Made by a program: the position numbers and the translations under genes. From NCBI GenBank assembly GCA_036229005.1, contig JAZAMN010000052.1, positions 384,001-448,000 on the forward strand: a stretch of DNA of 64,000 nucleotides, in the 5' to 3' direction. The notes below the pieces were generated by a model that did no database searches, was not told the origin of the DNA, and was given only the letters and a program-made list of their open reading frames with translations. Below, one piece after another: positions 17,841-29,074 of the stretch; positions within the stretch are counted from its first letter, which is position 1, and every line of letters starts with the position of its first letter. Origin of the DNA: Myxococcota bacterium (GTDB taxonomy: Bacteria; Myxococcota_A; UBA796; CAJQPC01).

Positions 17841-19131
17841 GGAGACCCTCCACCGGCTCAAGCTTGGAGGCCCGGGAGGCCGGGTAGAGCGTGGCCAAGA
17901 AGCAGATGCCCAGCGCGGCGACGTTCACGACCGCGACGGTGGCCAGGGACAGCTCCACGGGCAGCGAGTCCAGGTAGTAGACGTCGGTGTCCAGGGGGAA
18001 GCCATAGGCGTCCAGGAGCAGGGAGCCGCCGACCCCCAGGATGGTGCCGACCACGCAGCCGAACAGCCCGATGATGACGCCCTCGGCCATGAACACCATG
18101 CGCACCTGGTTGGTGGAGGCGCCCATGGCCTTGAGGATGGCGATCTCGCGGCTCCGGGTGACCACCAGCACGATCATCATTCCCGCGATGTTCAGGCTGG
18201 CGACCGCCACGATGAGGCTGAGGATGAGCCCCATGACCACCTTCTCGAGCTTGAGGGCGTCGAAGAGGTTGCGGTTCAGGTTCTGCCAGTGGCGCGTGTA
18301 GAAGGGGTACGCGAGGGCGTCCTCGATGGCCAGGGCGATGGGGTCCACACCGTAGATGTCATCGACGGTGACCTCCAGCCCGGTGACCATCCCGTCCATC
18401 TTGAGGAAGTCCTGGGCGTCCTGGATGGTGATGTAGGTCCACTTGGTATCGTACTCGTACATGCCCGAGTAATAGATCCCGGCGACCCTGAACTTCCGGA
18501 CATCCGGCATGGGCATGCCCATGGGTCCGACGCCCCGCCCGATGGGGTTGATGATGTGGACCACGTCCCCCACGAACACCTTGAGGCTGTGGGCGAGCTC
18601 CTCGCCGACCAGGATGCCCGGCAGTTCCTCGCTTGCACCCTCAGTGCTGGCGAGTGGACCGGGGGGCGGGTTGTGGAGGTTGTCCAAGATCGCCTGGCGG
18701 GCCACCTCGTCCTCTGGAGTCCCCTCCGGACCGCTGACGATGTTGCTGCGCAGGTCCACGACGTCGCCAACCAGCGCGGGGTCGATGCCCTTGAGGATGA
18801 TGCCCTCGCCGTTGCCGTGCTCGGACTTGATCATCATCTCGGTGTAGATGAAGGGGGCCACGCCGGTGACGTGCTCGACTCCCCTCACCTTCTCGACGGC
18901 CTGCTCCCAGTCCTCGATGCCGGAGCTGTAGCGCAGGACCACGATGTGGGCGTTGGAGCCCAGGATCTTGTCGCGCAGGTCGGTCTCAAAGCCCGCCATG
19001 ACGCTCAGCACGATGGTCAGGGCCATCACACCGACGGTCACGCCCGCCATGGAGATCGCGGTCAGCGCGCTCACGACGCGCTCCGTGCGGCCCCTCAGGT
19101 GGGACAGAGCGATGAGGACGGCGAACTTCAC
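17830..19131 (-). CDS. lolE: Lipoprotein-releasing ABC transporter permease (single LolC/E gene, LolF-like)
   Basis: GVTVGVMALTIVLSVMAGFE, SGMYEYD, REIAILKAMGA, ATLYPASRAS; upstream of lolD. Confidence 0.9.
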   Translation of the reverse strand: MKFAVLIALSHLRGRTERVVSALTAISMAGVTVGVMALTIVLSVMAGFETDLRDKILGSNAHIVVLRYSSGIEDWEQAVEKVRGVEHVTGVAPFIYTEMMIKSEHGNGEGIILKGIDPALVGDVVDLRSNIVSGPEGTPEDEVARQAILDNLHNPPPGPLASTEGASEELPGILVGEELAHSLKVFVGDVVHIINPIGRGVGPMGMPMPDVRKFRVAGIYYSGMYEYDTKWTYITIQDAQDFLKMDGMVTGLEVTVDDIYGVDPIALAIEDALAYPFYTRHWQNLNRNLFDALKLEKVVMGLILSLIVAVASLNIAGMMIVLVVTRSREIAILKAMGASTNQVRMVFMAEGVIIGLFGCVVGTILGVGGSLLLDAYGFPLDTDVYYLDSLPVELSLATVAVVNVAALGICFLATLYPASRASKLEPVEGLRAA

Positions 19132-20663
19132 TCGGCGTCGCCCTCGCCGCCTTCCTGGCCCACCGCCTCACTGACGACCTGGTCCTCTGCGCGCCGGCGC
19201 AGAGCCGGGAAGAGGATGACCTCCCGGATCGAGGTCTGGCCGGTGAGCAGCATCACGAGGCGATCCACGCCGATGCCCTGGCCGGCCGTGGGGGGCATGC
19301 CGTAGGAGAGGGCGCGGATGTAGTCGGCGTCGAAGTACATGGCCTCGTCGTCACCGGAGCTCTTGGCCTCGGCCTGCTGGCTGAATCGGCCCGCCTGGTC
19401 GATGGGGTCGTTGAGCTCGGAGAAGCCGTTGCCGACCTCCTGACGGGCGATGAAGAGCTCGAAGCGGTCTACGACCTCGGGGCGCTCGTCATTTCGCCGG
19501 GACAGCGGAGAGATCTCCGTGGGGTAGTCGGTGACGAAGGTGGGGTTCACCAGCAGGGGCTCGACGTGCTCGTCGAAGTAGAGCTCGAACCACTTGCCGA
19601 CGGTCTCGGGGAGCTCCTTGTCGGCGTCGCCGGGGTGCAGCTCGAGCCAGCGGCTGCGGAGCACGTCCAGGTCCCAGGGGTCGGAGACGCCGGCGTGCTC
19701 GGTGATCAGGGACTCCATGCTGGCCCGCTTCCAGGGGCGGCTGTAGTCGATCACGTCGTCGCCGTAGGGGATCTGCAGGCCGCCGGAGACCTCTTGGGCC
19801 AAGCCGGAGATCAGCTCCTCGCTGTGGTCCATCAGGTCGTGGAAGGTGGCGTGGGCCTGGTAGAACTCCAGCATGGTGAACTCAGGGTTGTGCTTGAGGC
19901 TCACCCCCTCGTTCCGGAAGTTCCGGTTGAGCTCGTACACCCGCTCGAAGCCGCCGACCACCAGGCGCTTGAGGTAGAGCTCGGGCGCGACCCGCATGTA
20001 CATGTCCATGCCCAGCGCGTTGTGGTGGGTCACGAAGGGCCGGGCGTTCGCGCCGCCAGGGATGGCCTGCAGCATGGGGGTCTCGACCTCCATGAAGCCC
20101 TGGTCATCGAAGTAGCGGCGAATCCCGCGCACGATCAGCGAGCGCTTGCGGAAGGTGTCCCGGGTGTCCTCGTTGATGAAGAGGTCCAGGTAGCGCATCC
20201 GCTGCCGCATCTCGGCGTCGGTGAACCCCTTGTGCTTGTCGGGCAGGGACTCGATGCACTTGCTGTAGAGCCGCAGCGCGGAGCACTTGAGGGAGAGCTC
20301 GCCCTTGCGGGTGCGCATCAGCTTGCCGGTGGCCCAGACCCAGTCGCCCAGGTCGAGCTTCTTCCAGACGTCAGCAAAGACCTGCTCACCCAGGTCGTTC
20401 TTGCGCACGAAGAGCTGGATGCGCCCGCTCTCGTCCTGGATCCGGCAGAAGCCGGCCTTGCCCATCTCGTTCTTGAAGCGCAGGCGGCCGGCGATGGAGA
20501 ACTCCTGCTCCAGCTCCTGGAGCTCAGCGTCCTCTTTGTCCCCACCGATCTCGATGAGCTGGGCGAGGCTGTGGGTCAGCTCCAGCCCGTTGGGGTAGGG
20601 CTCAACTCCACTCTCCCGCAGGGCGGCGAGCTTCTCGAGGCGGCGCGGATCGAACTCGTACAT
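19128..20663 (-). CDS. lysS: Lysyl-tRNA synthetase (class II)
   Basis: GGANARPFVTHHN, RVAPELYLKRLVVGG, FRNEG, HNPEFTMLEFY, GMPPTAGQGIGVDRL. Confidence 0.97.
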   Translation of the reverse strand: MYEFDPRRLEKLAALRESGVEPYPNGLELTHSLAQLIEIGGDKEDAELQELEQEFSIAGRLRFKNEMGKAGFCRIQDESGRIQLFVRKNDLGEQVFADVWKKLDLGDWVWATGKLMRTRKGELSLKCSALRLYSKCIESLPDKHKGFTDAEMRQRMRYLDLFINEDTRDTFRKRSLIVRGIRRYFDDQGFMEVETPMLQAIPGGANARPFVTHHNALGMDMYMRVAPELYLKRLVVGGFERVYELNRNFRNEGVSLKHNPEFTMLEFYQAHATFHDLMDHSEELISGLAQEVSGGLQIPYGDDVIDYSRPWKRASMESLITEHAGVSDPWDLDVLRSRWLELHPGDADKELPETVGKWFELYFDEHVEPLLVNPTFVTDYPTEISPLSRRNDERPEVVDRFELFIARQEVGNGFSELNDPIDQAGRFSQQAEAKSSGDDEAMYFDADYIRALSYGMPPTAGQGIGVDRLVMLLTGQTSIREVILFPALRRRAEDQVVSEAVGQEGGEGDAE

Positions 20664-20725
20664 GACTTCCCTCTGGCGGGTCCCCGGCTATCCCGCCAGC
20701 GCGCATCTCGCCGCCCCGGAAGGGC

Positions 20726-21385
20726 TCAGGAGGGGAAGATCCCGGCCCCGAGGAGCTGGCTGCAGGTCTGGGCCTCGATGCTGCCGCTGACCGTGCCATC
20801 GGCGGGGATGCCCTCGATGATGGTCGGGTAGTTGCCGTCGAAGGCGGTCATGTCGGTGATGTCGATGACGTAGGGGTCATCCGCGGTGCCCGCGCCCGAG
20901 AAGGTGGCCTCGAACTCATCGCCGGAGCCCAGCCACTCATAGGCGTCGTCGCCGACCCAGAAGTAGTCGGTGTCCTCGCTGTCCTCGTCCCGCTTGGTCC
21001 ACTCGAAGCTGCCCTCGCCCAGGGCGCACTTGACCGACCAGGTGATGTCGAAGTTGGCCTCGCCGCCCTCCATGGTGAAGGTCGCGCCGTCGGCGTCGTA
21101 CTCCCAGACCACGGCGGAGATGTTGCAGGTCCCGCCCTCCCAGATGCCGGCGGGATCCACCTGCTTCTCGGTCAGGTACTCGGCGACCGAGGGGCAGTCC
21201 GCGTCGGGGGTGCTGGTCATGTAGAACAGGGCCTTGTTGTCCACATGGAAGCCAAAGGCCTTGTAGATCGCCACATCACCGCTGGCCTCGGCCGTGGTGA
21301 TGGTGCCGTTGATCTGAGGGGTCAGATCCTCTTCCGAGTTGCCGAAGCAGCCGAGCATCGCGAGCAGAATCACGGGGTCTCCCAT
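20726..21385 (-). CDS. Hypothetical acidic lipoprotein
   Basis: C-terminal part of the 20726..21784 ORF; MGDPVILLAMLGC lipobox (or a start at the GTG four codons later); Asp/Glu-rich with four further Cys. Confidence 0.65.
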   Translation of the reverse strand: MGDPVILLAMLGCFGNSEEDLTPQINGTITTAEASGDVAIYKAFGFHVDNKALFYMTSTPDADCPSVAEYLTEKQVDPAGIWEGGTCNISAVVWEYDADGATFTMEGGEANFDITWSVKCALGEGSFEWTKRDEDSEDTDYFWVGDDAYEWLGSGDEFEATFSGAGTADDPYVIDITDMTAFDGNYPTIIEGIPADGTVSGSIEAQTCSQLLGAGIFPS

Positions 21386-21471
21386 CCAGGGGGCCCAGGC
21401 TAACCCCGGGCTCCCCGGATTCAACAAGGGAGTTTTGCGAATTCGCTGTGCACAGACGCCCCCCGGGCCAA

Positions 21472-22609
21472 TCAGGCCAGGGGGTCCTGCTCCAGCCCCT
21501 CGTCGGCCTGCTGCGCCAGCCAGGCCTCGATGAACAGGTCCAGGTCGCCGTCCAGCACCTTGTCGGTGTTGGTGTTCTCGACGCCGGTGCGCTGATCCTT
21601 GACCATCCGGTAGGGCTGCAGCACGTAGTTCCGGATCTGGGAGCCCCACTCGATCTTCTTCTTCTGCGAGTTGGCCTCGTCGATCTCGGCCTGCCGCTTC
21701 TCCAGCTCGTACTGGTAGAGGCGGGAGCGCAGCATCTTCATGGCCGTGGCCTTGTTCTTGTGCTGGCTGCGCTCGTTCTGGCACGCGACCGTGATGCCCG
21801 TGGGGTTGTGCACGATGCGCACCGCGGAGTCCGTGGTGTTGACGTGCTGCCCACCCGCGCCGGAGGACCGGTAGGTGTCGATGCGGAGGTCCGCCGGGTT
21901 GATGTCCACCTCGATGCTGTCGTCGATGTCCGGGTAGGCGGCGACGGAAGCGAACGCGGTGTGCCGGCGGGCGGCGGCGTCGAAGGGAGAGATGCGGACC
22001 AGGCGGTGCACGCCGATCTCGGCCTTGAGGTAGCCGTAGGCGTAGGGGCCGTCGATCTCGATGGTGCAGGACTTGATGCCGGCCTCATCGTGGGGCTGCT
22101 CTTCGACCAGCTTGACCTTGTAGCCCTTGCGCTCGGCCCAGCGCAGGTACATGCGCTTGAGCATCTCGGCCCAGTCGGAGGCGTCCGTCCCGCCGGCGCC
22201 GGAGTTGATCTCCAGGATGGCGGAGTTGTCGTCGCCCTCGTTGGACAGCAGGCGCTGGACCTCCAGCTCCCGGGTGCCGCGCTCGACCTCCAGGATGGCC
22301 TCGGTGGCCATCTCCAGCATCTCAGCGGCCTCGCCGGCCTCGGACTCCGCGGCGAGCTCCAGGGAGGTGTCCACGTCCTCCAGCCCGCTGTCCAGGGCCT
22401 GCCAAGACTTGACGACGCGCTCCAGGGCGGCCTTCTTGCGGACCATGCCCTGCGCCCGGGTCTGGTCGGTCCAGAACTCCGGCGCGGAGGCCTGCCGCTC
22501 GTAGTCTTCGATCTCGCGCAGCTTGCCGTCTACGTCAAAGATGCCTCCGAAGCTGGCCCACCTTGTCTGTGGCGGCGTTCCAGCGCGTGCGGATCTCTTC
22601 GGCGTCCAT
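21472..22609 (-). CDS. prfB: Peptide chain release factor 2 with programmed +1 frameshift
   Basis: ATG 22609 preceded by GGAGG; codon 24 context CGGAGG-CAT-CTT-TGA-C; the +1 frame carries SPF and GGQ motifs (RISPFD, GAGGQHVN). Confidence 0.96.
22534..22549 (-). other. prfB +1 frameshift cassette (internal SD + CTT TGA C)
   Basis: Minus strand reads CGGAGG CAT CTT TGA C, the canonical RF2 autoregulatory site. Confidence 0.93.
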
Positions 22610-22659
22610 GGGGAACCTCCTGAGCGGCATGGGTATGCGCCGACAGGCGACCCGGCAAC

Positions 22660-23127
22660 TCAGTCGGCCTGCGCAGCCCCCTGAACCCGCTCGATGAGTC
22701 CCCTGCCCTCCCAACCCAGGCGCTCCATCAGGCGGGTCTCCGCGTCGACCATCTCGAGCATCTCCGCCTCATCGTTCTCGTGGTCGTAGCCCAGCAAGTG
22801 CAGCAGGCCGTGCACCAAGAGGATGCGCAGCTCGGCCTGCAGGCTGTGGTTCCGCTCTGTGGCCTGGCGGGCCGCGGTCTCCAGGGAGATCACCAGATCC
22901 CCCAACACCACCGGGTCGTCCTGGGGGAAGGACAGCACGTCGGTGGCCGCATCCTTGCCCCTCCAGGAGGCGTTGAGGGGGCGGATGAAGGCGTCATCGC
23001 AAGCCACCAGGCTCAACTCACAGTCATCCAGGCGGGCCGCCACCATCAGGGCCTCTGCGTCGCCGACGAGGTCAACAGGGAGCGTCGCGCTGCCCTCCTC
23101 TCGGGCCAGCACCGTGGGGCCGCTCAC
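22660..23127 (-). CDS. ybeY: rRNA maturation endoribonuclease YbeY
   Basis: [25 protein letters not shown]. Confidence 0.95.
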   Translation of the reverse strand: MSGPTVLAREEGSATLPVDLVGDAEALMVAARLDDCELSLVACDDAFIRPLNASWRGKDAATDVLSFPQDDPVVLGDLVISLETAARQATERNHSLQAELRILLVHGLLHLLGYDHENDEAEMLEMVDAETRLMERLGWEGRGLIERVQGAAQAD

Positions 23128-25481
23128 CGGTCACGCCCCAGCTCGGGCAGGTACTCAGGGCTCTCGTAGTCGGCCATCGCAGCGACCTCCTCGGGCAGCT
23201 CGGGCAGGCTGCCGGTGTCCTCGTCGTCGGGCAGATCCAGGTCACCGGTGTTGAGCTCCAGGGTGATCACGGGATCTGGAGACCCTTCCGGGGGCTGCGG
23301 GACTCGCTTCTCCCCCGCTGCTGGCGGATCCGGGTACTCGATGCGGTGGTGGTGGATCGCCAGCACGGTCTTCTTGAAGACCCCCGCGATGGTGTGGAGC
23401 TCCTTGACCGTCAGCGGGCACTCATCGAACTGGCCCTCCGCCATCACGGAGTTGATGATGCGCTGGATCATCTCGGCGACCCGCTCGGGGGTGGGCTCCT
23501 TGATGGAGCGGCAGGCGGCCTCGATCTTGTCGGCCAGCATGATGACGCCGGCCTCCCGGGTGTTGGGCTTGGGCCCGGGGTAGCGGAAGTCCGCGGGGTC
23601 GACGGCGCCCTCGGCGCTCATCTGGGCCTGGCGCAGGAAGTAGTGCACCGTGCCCGTTCCGTGGTGCATGTAGATGTTGTCGACGATGACGCGGGGCAGC
23701 TTGTGCTTGCGGGCGATGGCCCCGCCGTCCCGGACGTGGTCGATGATCACGCGGGCGCTCTGGTGAGGGGTCAGGCGCTCGTGGCGGTTGATGCCGTCCC
23801 GCTGGTTCTCGATGAAGTACTGGGGCCGCACCGCCTTGCCGATGTCGTGGAAATAGGAGGCGACGCGGGCCTGGAGGGCGTTGGCGCCGATAGCCTCCGC
23901 GGCGGCCTCGGCCAGGGTCCCGACCATGACGGAGTGGTGGTAGGAGCCGGGCGCGCGCAGCATCAGGTTGCGCAGCAGGGGGTGGTCCAGGTTGGCGAGC
24001 TCGAGCAGCTTGAGGTCGGTGTCGAAGCCAACCAGCTCGAAGAGCGGGACCAGCGCCAGGACGAGGAAGGAGCTGAGCACGCCCCCCGCGAACGCGAAGC
24101 CCACCGCCCAGATCGGGCTGCTCTGCTGCAGCCCCCCCTCCCCCAGGTTGGCCTCGATGAGCTGAATGACGAGGACAAAGGCGGCGTTCACCAGGCCGGT
24201 GATGAGGCCGGCGCGGAGGATTGCCTTGCGCTCCCGGCTCTTGCCGATGGCCCCGGCGGCGGTCACGGACGAGACCACGAAGAACACGCCGTAGAGCACC
24301 GACTGCTCCATCAGCAGCGCGGACAGGGAGCTGGCGATGATCGCGAAGACCAGCGAGGTCTCCGAGTTGATGAGGATGCGCACCAGCAGGGCGGCGCCCG
24401 CGAGCGGCAGCAGGTACCACATCGAGTGCGCCGGGATCTCGCCGGCGGAGGCCATGGTGTCGGACAGCGAGAGGACCGCCCGGGCCAAGAAGAGCGTCAG
24501 GACCAACAGCAGGCCGGTGGCCTCGATCTGGCGGTTCGCCGAGCTGAACTTCTTGATGTAGCTGCGCGAGAACCAGTAGATGCTGGACATCAGCAGCAGG
24601 CAGAAGGTGAACAGCGAGCCGGTGACGAGCAGGGGGTTGGAGCCGGCGTGCGCCTGCTGCATGGCCTGGAGCTGCTCGACGTGGTGGGGCGTGACCACGT
24701 CCCCCTGGCGGATGAGCGCGGTCCCCCGCTCCACCGAGACGACGACCTCGGGGACGGCGGCGGTGGCGGATCGGCGGCGCTCGGCGGTGATCTGCGGGGC
24801 CGAAGTCAGGTTGCCGTGGATGGCGGCCTGGGCCACGGCCTTCTCGGCGCGCAGGGAGAGGGGCGCGACCTCCTCCATGTGCTGGAGGGCGTAGATGTAG
24901 ACCTCTTTCCCGGCGTCCTCAGCGGTGAGGATGCCCTCGAAGGAGTCCAGGCGCCGCTCCTGCTTGCCGGTCTTGGACAGCACGTCCACCGGGGGGCTGG
25001 CGGGCAGCACGCTGCGGGAGCCCACCACGAACCCGCTCATGGCGTGGGCGATGAGCTCGTTGACCCGCTGCTCGGAGTCCTGGTGGAAGCCGGTCTCGGC
25101 GAAGATCCGGACCTCGCCTGTGTCCAGGTCCAGCCCGACCTGCCGGATGAAGGCCTCGGTCAGGGCGTCCACGCTCTCGGGAGAGAGGCCGTCCTGTCCG
25201 CTGGCGATTGCGGCGGCCTCGGTGGAGGCCCAGCGCTGGCGGCCGGCATCGAAGGCCGAAGAGACCCGGGACTGGAGCTCGGAGGCGGCCTGGGCGTCGT
25301 GCTTGTAGACCTGGGGGATAGCGGCGGCCGCCCCCTCTCGCCGGGCGGCGGTGGTGGTCTCGTCGACGTAGCGGAAGGGAAAGGGCGCGCGCACATCACG
25401 CGCAGCGACATCCCCCGCCTGCCAGTCCAGGTTGGGGACACGCATGAAGTCCGTGAGCGCCAGCGAGGCGGCCAAGGCCAC
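23124..25481 (-). CDS. 7TM-HD membrane phosphohydrolase (PgpH/YqfF-like)
   Basis: Extracellular domain, 7 TM region, [44 protein letters not shown]; phoH-X-ybeY context. The true start may be further upstream (see findings). Confidence 0.88.
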   Translation of the reverse strand: MALAASLALTDFMRVPNLDWQAGDVAARDVRAPFPFRYVDETTTAARREGAAAAIPQVYKHDAQAASELQSRVSSAFDAGRQRWASTEAAAIASGQDGLSPESVDALTEAFIRQVGLDLDTGEVRIFAETGFHQDSEQRVNELIAHAMSGFVVGSRSVLPASPPVDVLSKTGKQERRLDSFEGILTAEDAGKEVYIYALQHMEEVAPLSLRAEKAVAQAAIHGNLTSAPQITAERRRSATAAVPEVVVSVERGTALIRQGDVVTPHHVEQLQAMQQAHAGSNPLLVTGSLFTFCLLLMSSIYWFSRSYIKKFSSANRQIEATGLLLVLTLFLARAVLSLSDTMASAGEIPAHSMWYLLPLAGAALLVRILINSETSLVFAIIASSLSALLMEQSVLYGVFFVVSSVTAAGAIGKSRERKAILRAGLITGLVNAAFVLVIQLIEANLGEGGLQQSSPIWAVGFAFAGGVLSSFLVLALVPLFELVGFDTDLKLLELANLDHPLLRNLMLRAPGSYHHSVMVGTLAEAAAEAIGANALQARVASYFHDIGKAVRPQYFIENQRDGINRHERLTPHQSARVIIDHVRDGGAIARKHKLPRVIVDNIYMHHGTGTVHYFLRQAQMSAEGAVDPADFRYPGPKPNTREAGVIMLADKIEAACRSIKEPTPERVAEMIQRIINSVMAEGQFDECPLTVKELHTIAGVFKKTVLAIHHHRIEYPDPPAAGEKRVPQPPEGSPDPVITLELNTGDLDLPDDEDTGSLPELPEEVAAMADYESPEYLPELGRDR

Positions 25482-25555
25482 GAAGACCAGGACGGCCAGC
25501 CTGCGGAGGTTGGACAGCCGCGCGGACCATCCAGCCTTGGGCTCGGCGGGCGATT

Positions 25556-26569
25556 TCAGTGCGATGAAGGCTCCCGGGAGTTGCCAGAAGCCCGATCATA
25601 GGCGCGAATGATGTCGCTGACCAGCCTGTGGCGCACCACATCCTTGGAGGAGAACTCGACGCTGGTGATCCCCTGCACGTTGGTGAGGATGCGCGTGGCC
25701 TGCTCCAGCCCCGACTTCTCCCGCGGCGGGAGGTCGATCTGGGAGAGGTCGCCGGTGATCACGGCCTTGCTGCCCACCCCCAGGCGCGTGAGCAGCATCT
25801 TCATCTGCATCTGCGTGGTGTTCTGGGCCTCGTCCAGGATGACGAAGGCCTGGGACAGGGTGCGCCCGCGCATGAACGCCAGGGGCGCGACCTCGATGGT
25901 GCCGCGCTCCTGGAGGCGCACGGTCTTGTCCTGCCCGAGCAGCTCATTGAGGGCGTCGTAGAGCGGCCGCAGGTAGGGGTTGACCTTCTCCTCCAGATCG
26001 CCAGGGAGGAAGCCCAGCTTCTCGCCGGCCTCCACCGCGGGGCGGCACAGGATGATGCGCTTGACCTGGTTGGAGGCGAGCGCCGCCACAGCCATGGTCA
26101 CCGCCAGGTAGGTCTTGCCGGTGCCCGCGGGCCCCAGGCCGAACACCACGTCGTTCTCACGGATGGCTTCGACATAGCGCTTCTGCATCAGCGAGCGCGG
26201 GAAGATGGGCTTGCGGCTGCGCGCGACGTAGACCACGTCGTTGAACACCTCGTCCAGGCGCACCTCGGGGTCGGTGCGGGACAGGCGCGTGGCGTGCTCC
26301 ACCAGCGAAGTGGTGATGGTCGTGCCGCCGAGGGCCAGCTCATAGAGCTGCGTGACCAGGTCCGCGGCCAGGTCCGTGGAGGCATCGAGCCCGGAGACGG
26401 TGACCTGGGTGCCCCGCTGGGACACGCGGACCCCCAGCTCCCGGGCGATCAGGTTCAGGTTTGCACCGAACTCACCGCTGACCTCGCGGAGGGCGTGGGC
26501 GTCGTCGAAGCGCAGGTCATGGGAGTGGATGTCGCGGGCCACGGTGGCCTCCGGTTGGGACGCGCCCAT
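25556..26569 (-). CDS. phoH: PhoH-like ATPase (YbeZ)
   Basis: [51 protein letters not shown]. Confidence 0.95.
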   Translation of the reverse strand: MGASQPEATVARDIHSHDLRFDDAHALREVSGEFGANLNLIARELGVRVSQRGTQVTVSGLDASTDLAADLVTQLYELALGGTTITTSLVEHATRLSRTDPEVRLDEVFNDVVYVARSRKPIFPRSLMQKRYVEAIRENDVVFGLGPAGTGKTYLAVTMAVAALASNQVKRIILCRPAVEAGEKLGFLPGDLEEKVNPYLRPLYDALNELLGQDKTVRLQERGTIEVAPLAFMRGRTLSQAFVILDEAQNTTQMQMKMLLTRLGVGSKAVITGDLSQIDLPPREKSGLEQATRILTNVQGITSVEFSSKDVVRHRLVSDIIRAYDRASGNSREPSSH

Positions 26570-26641
26570 TTATGCACCGGCGGCGGGGTGTCCAGCCACC
26601 GGATCTGCGGTAGCTTCCGCTCCCAACACCAGGAGCTGCTC

Positions 26642-27745
26642 ATGATTGTGGGTGTCCCCACCGAGATCAAGCCTCAAGAGAACCGCGTCGGGCTCATCCC
26701 CGCGGGCGTCAAGGCCCTCACGCGCGCCGGTCACACGGTGCTCGTCCAGCAGGGCGCTGGCGAAGGTTCCGGGCTTCCCGACGATGAATACATCCGCGTG
26801 GGCGCCGAGATCGTCTCCTCTGCCGAGGAGGTGTACGGCCGCGCGGACATGATCTGGAAGGTCAAGGAGCCCATCGCGCCTGAGTTTCCCCTGCTGCGGG
26901 AGAACCAGATCCTCTACACCTACCTGCACCTCGCCCCGGATCCCAAGCAGACGGCGGCGCTGCTGGAGGCCGGTGTGGTGGGGATTGCGTACGAGACCGT
27001 CGAGCTCCCCGACCGCTCCCTCCCCCTGCTGACCCCGATGTCCGAAGTCGCAGGTCGCCTGAGCGTGCAGGCCGGTGCCCACTGTCTGACCCGTCACGCG
27101 GGCGGCAGCGGCGTCCTCCTGGGCGGCGTCCCCGGCGTCGAGCCCGGGCGGGTCTGTGTGGTCGGCGGCGGCATCGTCGGCCTGAACGCCGTGAAGATGG
27201 CCGTCGGCCTGGGCGCCGAGGTCACCATCCTGGACATCAACCTCCCCCGCCTGCGCTGGTTCGACAACCAGTTCAACGGGCGCGTGAAGACCCTCTACTC
27301 CAACCCCTACAACCTGGAGCGCATGCTGGGTCAGTCCGACCTGGTGATCGGCGCGGTGCTGCTCGCTGGCGCGAAGGCCCCCAACCTCATCACCCGCCCG
27401 ATGCTGGGCCTGATGAAGCCGGGCTCGGCCATCGTCGATGTGGCTGTGGACCAGGGCGGCTGCGTGGAGACCACCCGGCCCACCACCCACGCCGACCCCA
27501 CCTACATCGTCGACGGGATCGTGCACTACGCCGTGGCCAACATGCCCGGCGCCGTGGCGCGCACCAGCACCTTCGCGCTCAACAACGCCACCATCCCCTA
27601 CGGCCTGCAGATCGCCAACCGGGGCTGGAAGGAGGCCTGCAGCGCGGACCCCAACCTGGCGCTCGGCCTGAACGTGGCGCACGGAAAAGTCACCTACCCC
27701 GCCGTCGCCGAGGCCCTGGGCTACAAGCACGAGCCCGTCCTCTGA
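26642..27745 (+). CDS. ald: Alanine dehydrogenase
   Basis: [56 protein letters not shown]; start ATG 26642. Confidence 0.96.
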   Translation: MIVGVPTEIKPQENRVGLIPAGVKALTRAGHTVLVQQGAGEGSGLPDDEYIRVGAEIVSSAEEVYGRADMIWKVKEPIAPEFPLLRENQILYTYLHLAPDPKQTAALLEAGVVGIAYETVELPDRSLPLLTPMSEVAGRLSVQAGAHCLTRHAGGSGVLLGGVPGVEPGRVCVVGGGIVGLNAVKMAVGLGAEVTILDINLPRLRWFDNQFNGRVKTLYSNPYNLERMLGQSDLVIGAVLLAGAKAPNLITRPMLGLMKPGSAIVDVAVDQGGCVETTRPTTHADPTYIVDGIVHYAVANMPGAVARTSTFALNNATIPYGLQIANRGWKEACSADPNLALGLNVAHGKVTYPAVAEALGYKHEPVL

Positions 27746-27768
27746 ACTGAGCCGTTCCAAGGAACACT

Positions 27769-27799
27769 GAGGCCCGTCCGTACACTCCGGGCGGGCCTC
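27769..27799. terminator. Hairpin between convergent ald and hypothetical gene
   Basis: gaggcccgtccg-tacactc-cgggcgggcctc, 12-bp stem with one G:U pair. Confidence 0.6.
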
Positions 27800-27823
27800 T
27801 CGCGTTCTGGGCCGTTCAGTCTG

Positions 27824-29074
27824 TCAGCCGTTCAGCTTGTTCTGGATGGTCTTCTTGGCGGTTCGGCGGACCACGCTGGGCACGTTCTTGTTGCGGGCCA
27901 GCGAGGACAGGTCTGCGCGCTGCAGGTGGCTGACCAGCCCGACGGCCACGGAGACCGGGCACTTGGGGTTGTTCACCAGCCCCAGCTTGACCTTGTACTG
28001 GCGCAGGAACTCCTTGTTCATGGCCAGCTCGCGCAGCACGTCCATGTGCATGTTCTTGTTGGCGGCCACCGCGGCGGCCTCGGAGTCGGTCATGCGCCCA
28101 CTCTTGACCACGGCCACGGCCACCTGCTTGTTCTTGTCCCGCAGCAGGATCTTCCGCGCCTCCGCGTTGCCGAGGAAGGCCAGCTTGATGCGCGCCCCCG
28201 TCTTCATGCCCGCGATCTTCTGGGCCAGGGACTGCTTCTCGTCGGGGGCCAGGTCCTCGTCGGTGATCAGCGAGGCGTGGAAGTTGTCGGCGTCGTCGTC
28301 AAAGGAGAAGCGGAAGCTGTCATCGAGCGCGGCCGACCCGGCCTTCCTGGCCACCTGGATGGTGAGCCGCGCGGCCACCTGGGGGTTGCTGTAGGGGCTG
28401 GGGAGGCCCATCAGCGCCGCGGTGACCTCGGCTTCGATGGAGAGCTCCGTGAGGTCTGCGACGGAGACGGTCTGAAGAGGTGGGGTCGCGGTGCTCGCGG
28501 ATCCAGCCCCCACCTCCTCTGCCTCTGCCTTCTCCTGGACCGGTGCAGCATCAGGCTCCTCGGGGAGGGACTTCTGCATGCGCAGGAAGCTGTAGACGCG
28601 CTCCAGGGACGAGGCCGTGACCTCTGGGTTGTCCTTGAGGGCGAGGTAGACCTCGGGGGTCATCAGCAGGCGGGACTGGTTTCGGCAGATGACCTCGACC
28701 AGCTCGCCGCGGGCGGCCCGCGCGATCTGACACGCCGTGCGGTCGTTGGTGTTGGCCAGGCCGAACACCCGCTCCATGAACTCCTGGTCGTCGAGGCGGG
28801 CGTCAGTGAGGACCTCGAGGATCTTGGGGTGCGTGCGCGGGGAGATGGCCCGAAGCACGATCTCCTTGTCCATCTCCTTGAGGGTGCGGTCTGCCGCCCG
28901 TCGGATGGCCTTCTCCCGGGAGCCCAGCAGCACGTAGACGCAGGCCACGAGCACATCGGGCGGGAGCGGCAGCAGGCCCTTGGCGATGGCGAGGCGGGCC
29001 TTGGCGGGGGCGTCCGGGAGCACCTTCTCGCGGTGCTCGACCGGGATGCCTAGGCGATCGAAGGGGATCTTCAT
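27824..29074 (-). CDS. Hypothetical alpha-helical repeat protein
   Basis: Good coding character, ATGA overlap with coaX; two related helical halves (LALKDNPEVT / LGLVNNPKCP) separated by an acidic linker. Confidence 0.75.
   Translation of the reverse strand: MKIPFDRLGIPVEHREKVLPDAPAKARLAIAKGLLPLPPDVLVACVYVLLGSREKAIRRAADRTLKEMDKEIVLRAISPRTHPKILEVLTDARLDDQEFMERVFGLANTNDRTACQIARAARGELVEVICRNQSRLLMTPEVYLALKDNPEVTASSLERVYSFLRMQKSLPEEPDAAPVQEKAEAEEVGAGSASTATPPLQTVSVADLTELSIEAEVTAALMGLPSPYSNPQVAARLTIQVARKAGSAALDDSFRFSFDDDADNFHASLITDEDLAPDEKQSLAQKIAGMKTGARIKLAFLGNAEARKILLRDKNKQVAVAVVKSGRMTDSEAAAVAANKNMHMDVLRELAMNKEFLRQYKVKLGLVNNPKCPVSVAVGLVSHLQRADLSSLARNKNVPSVVRRTAKKTIQNKLNG

Noticed and set aside
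21472..22609. prfB as a pseudogene
   Set aside because: The in-frame stop is the canonical programmed frameshift site.
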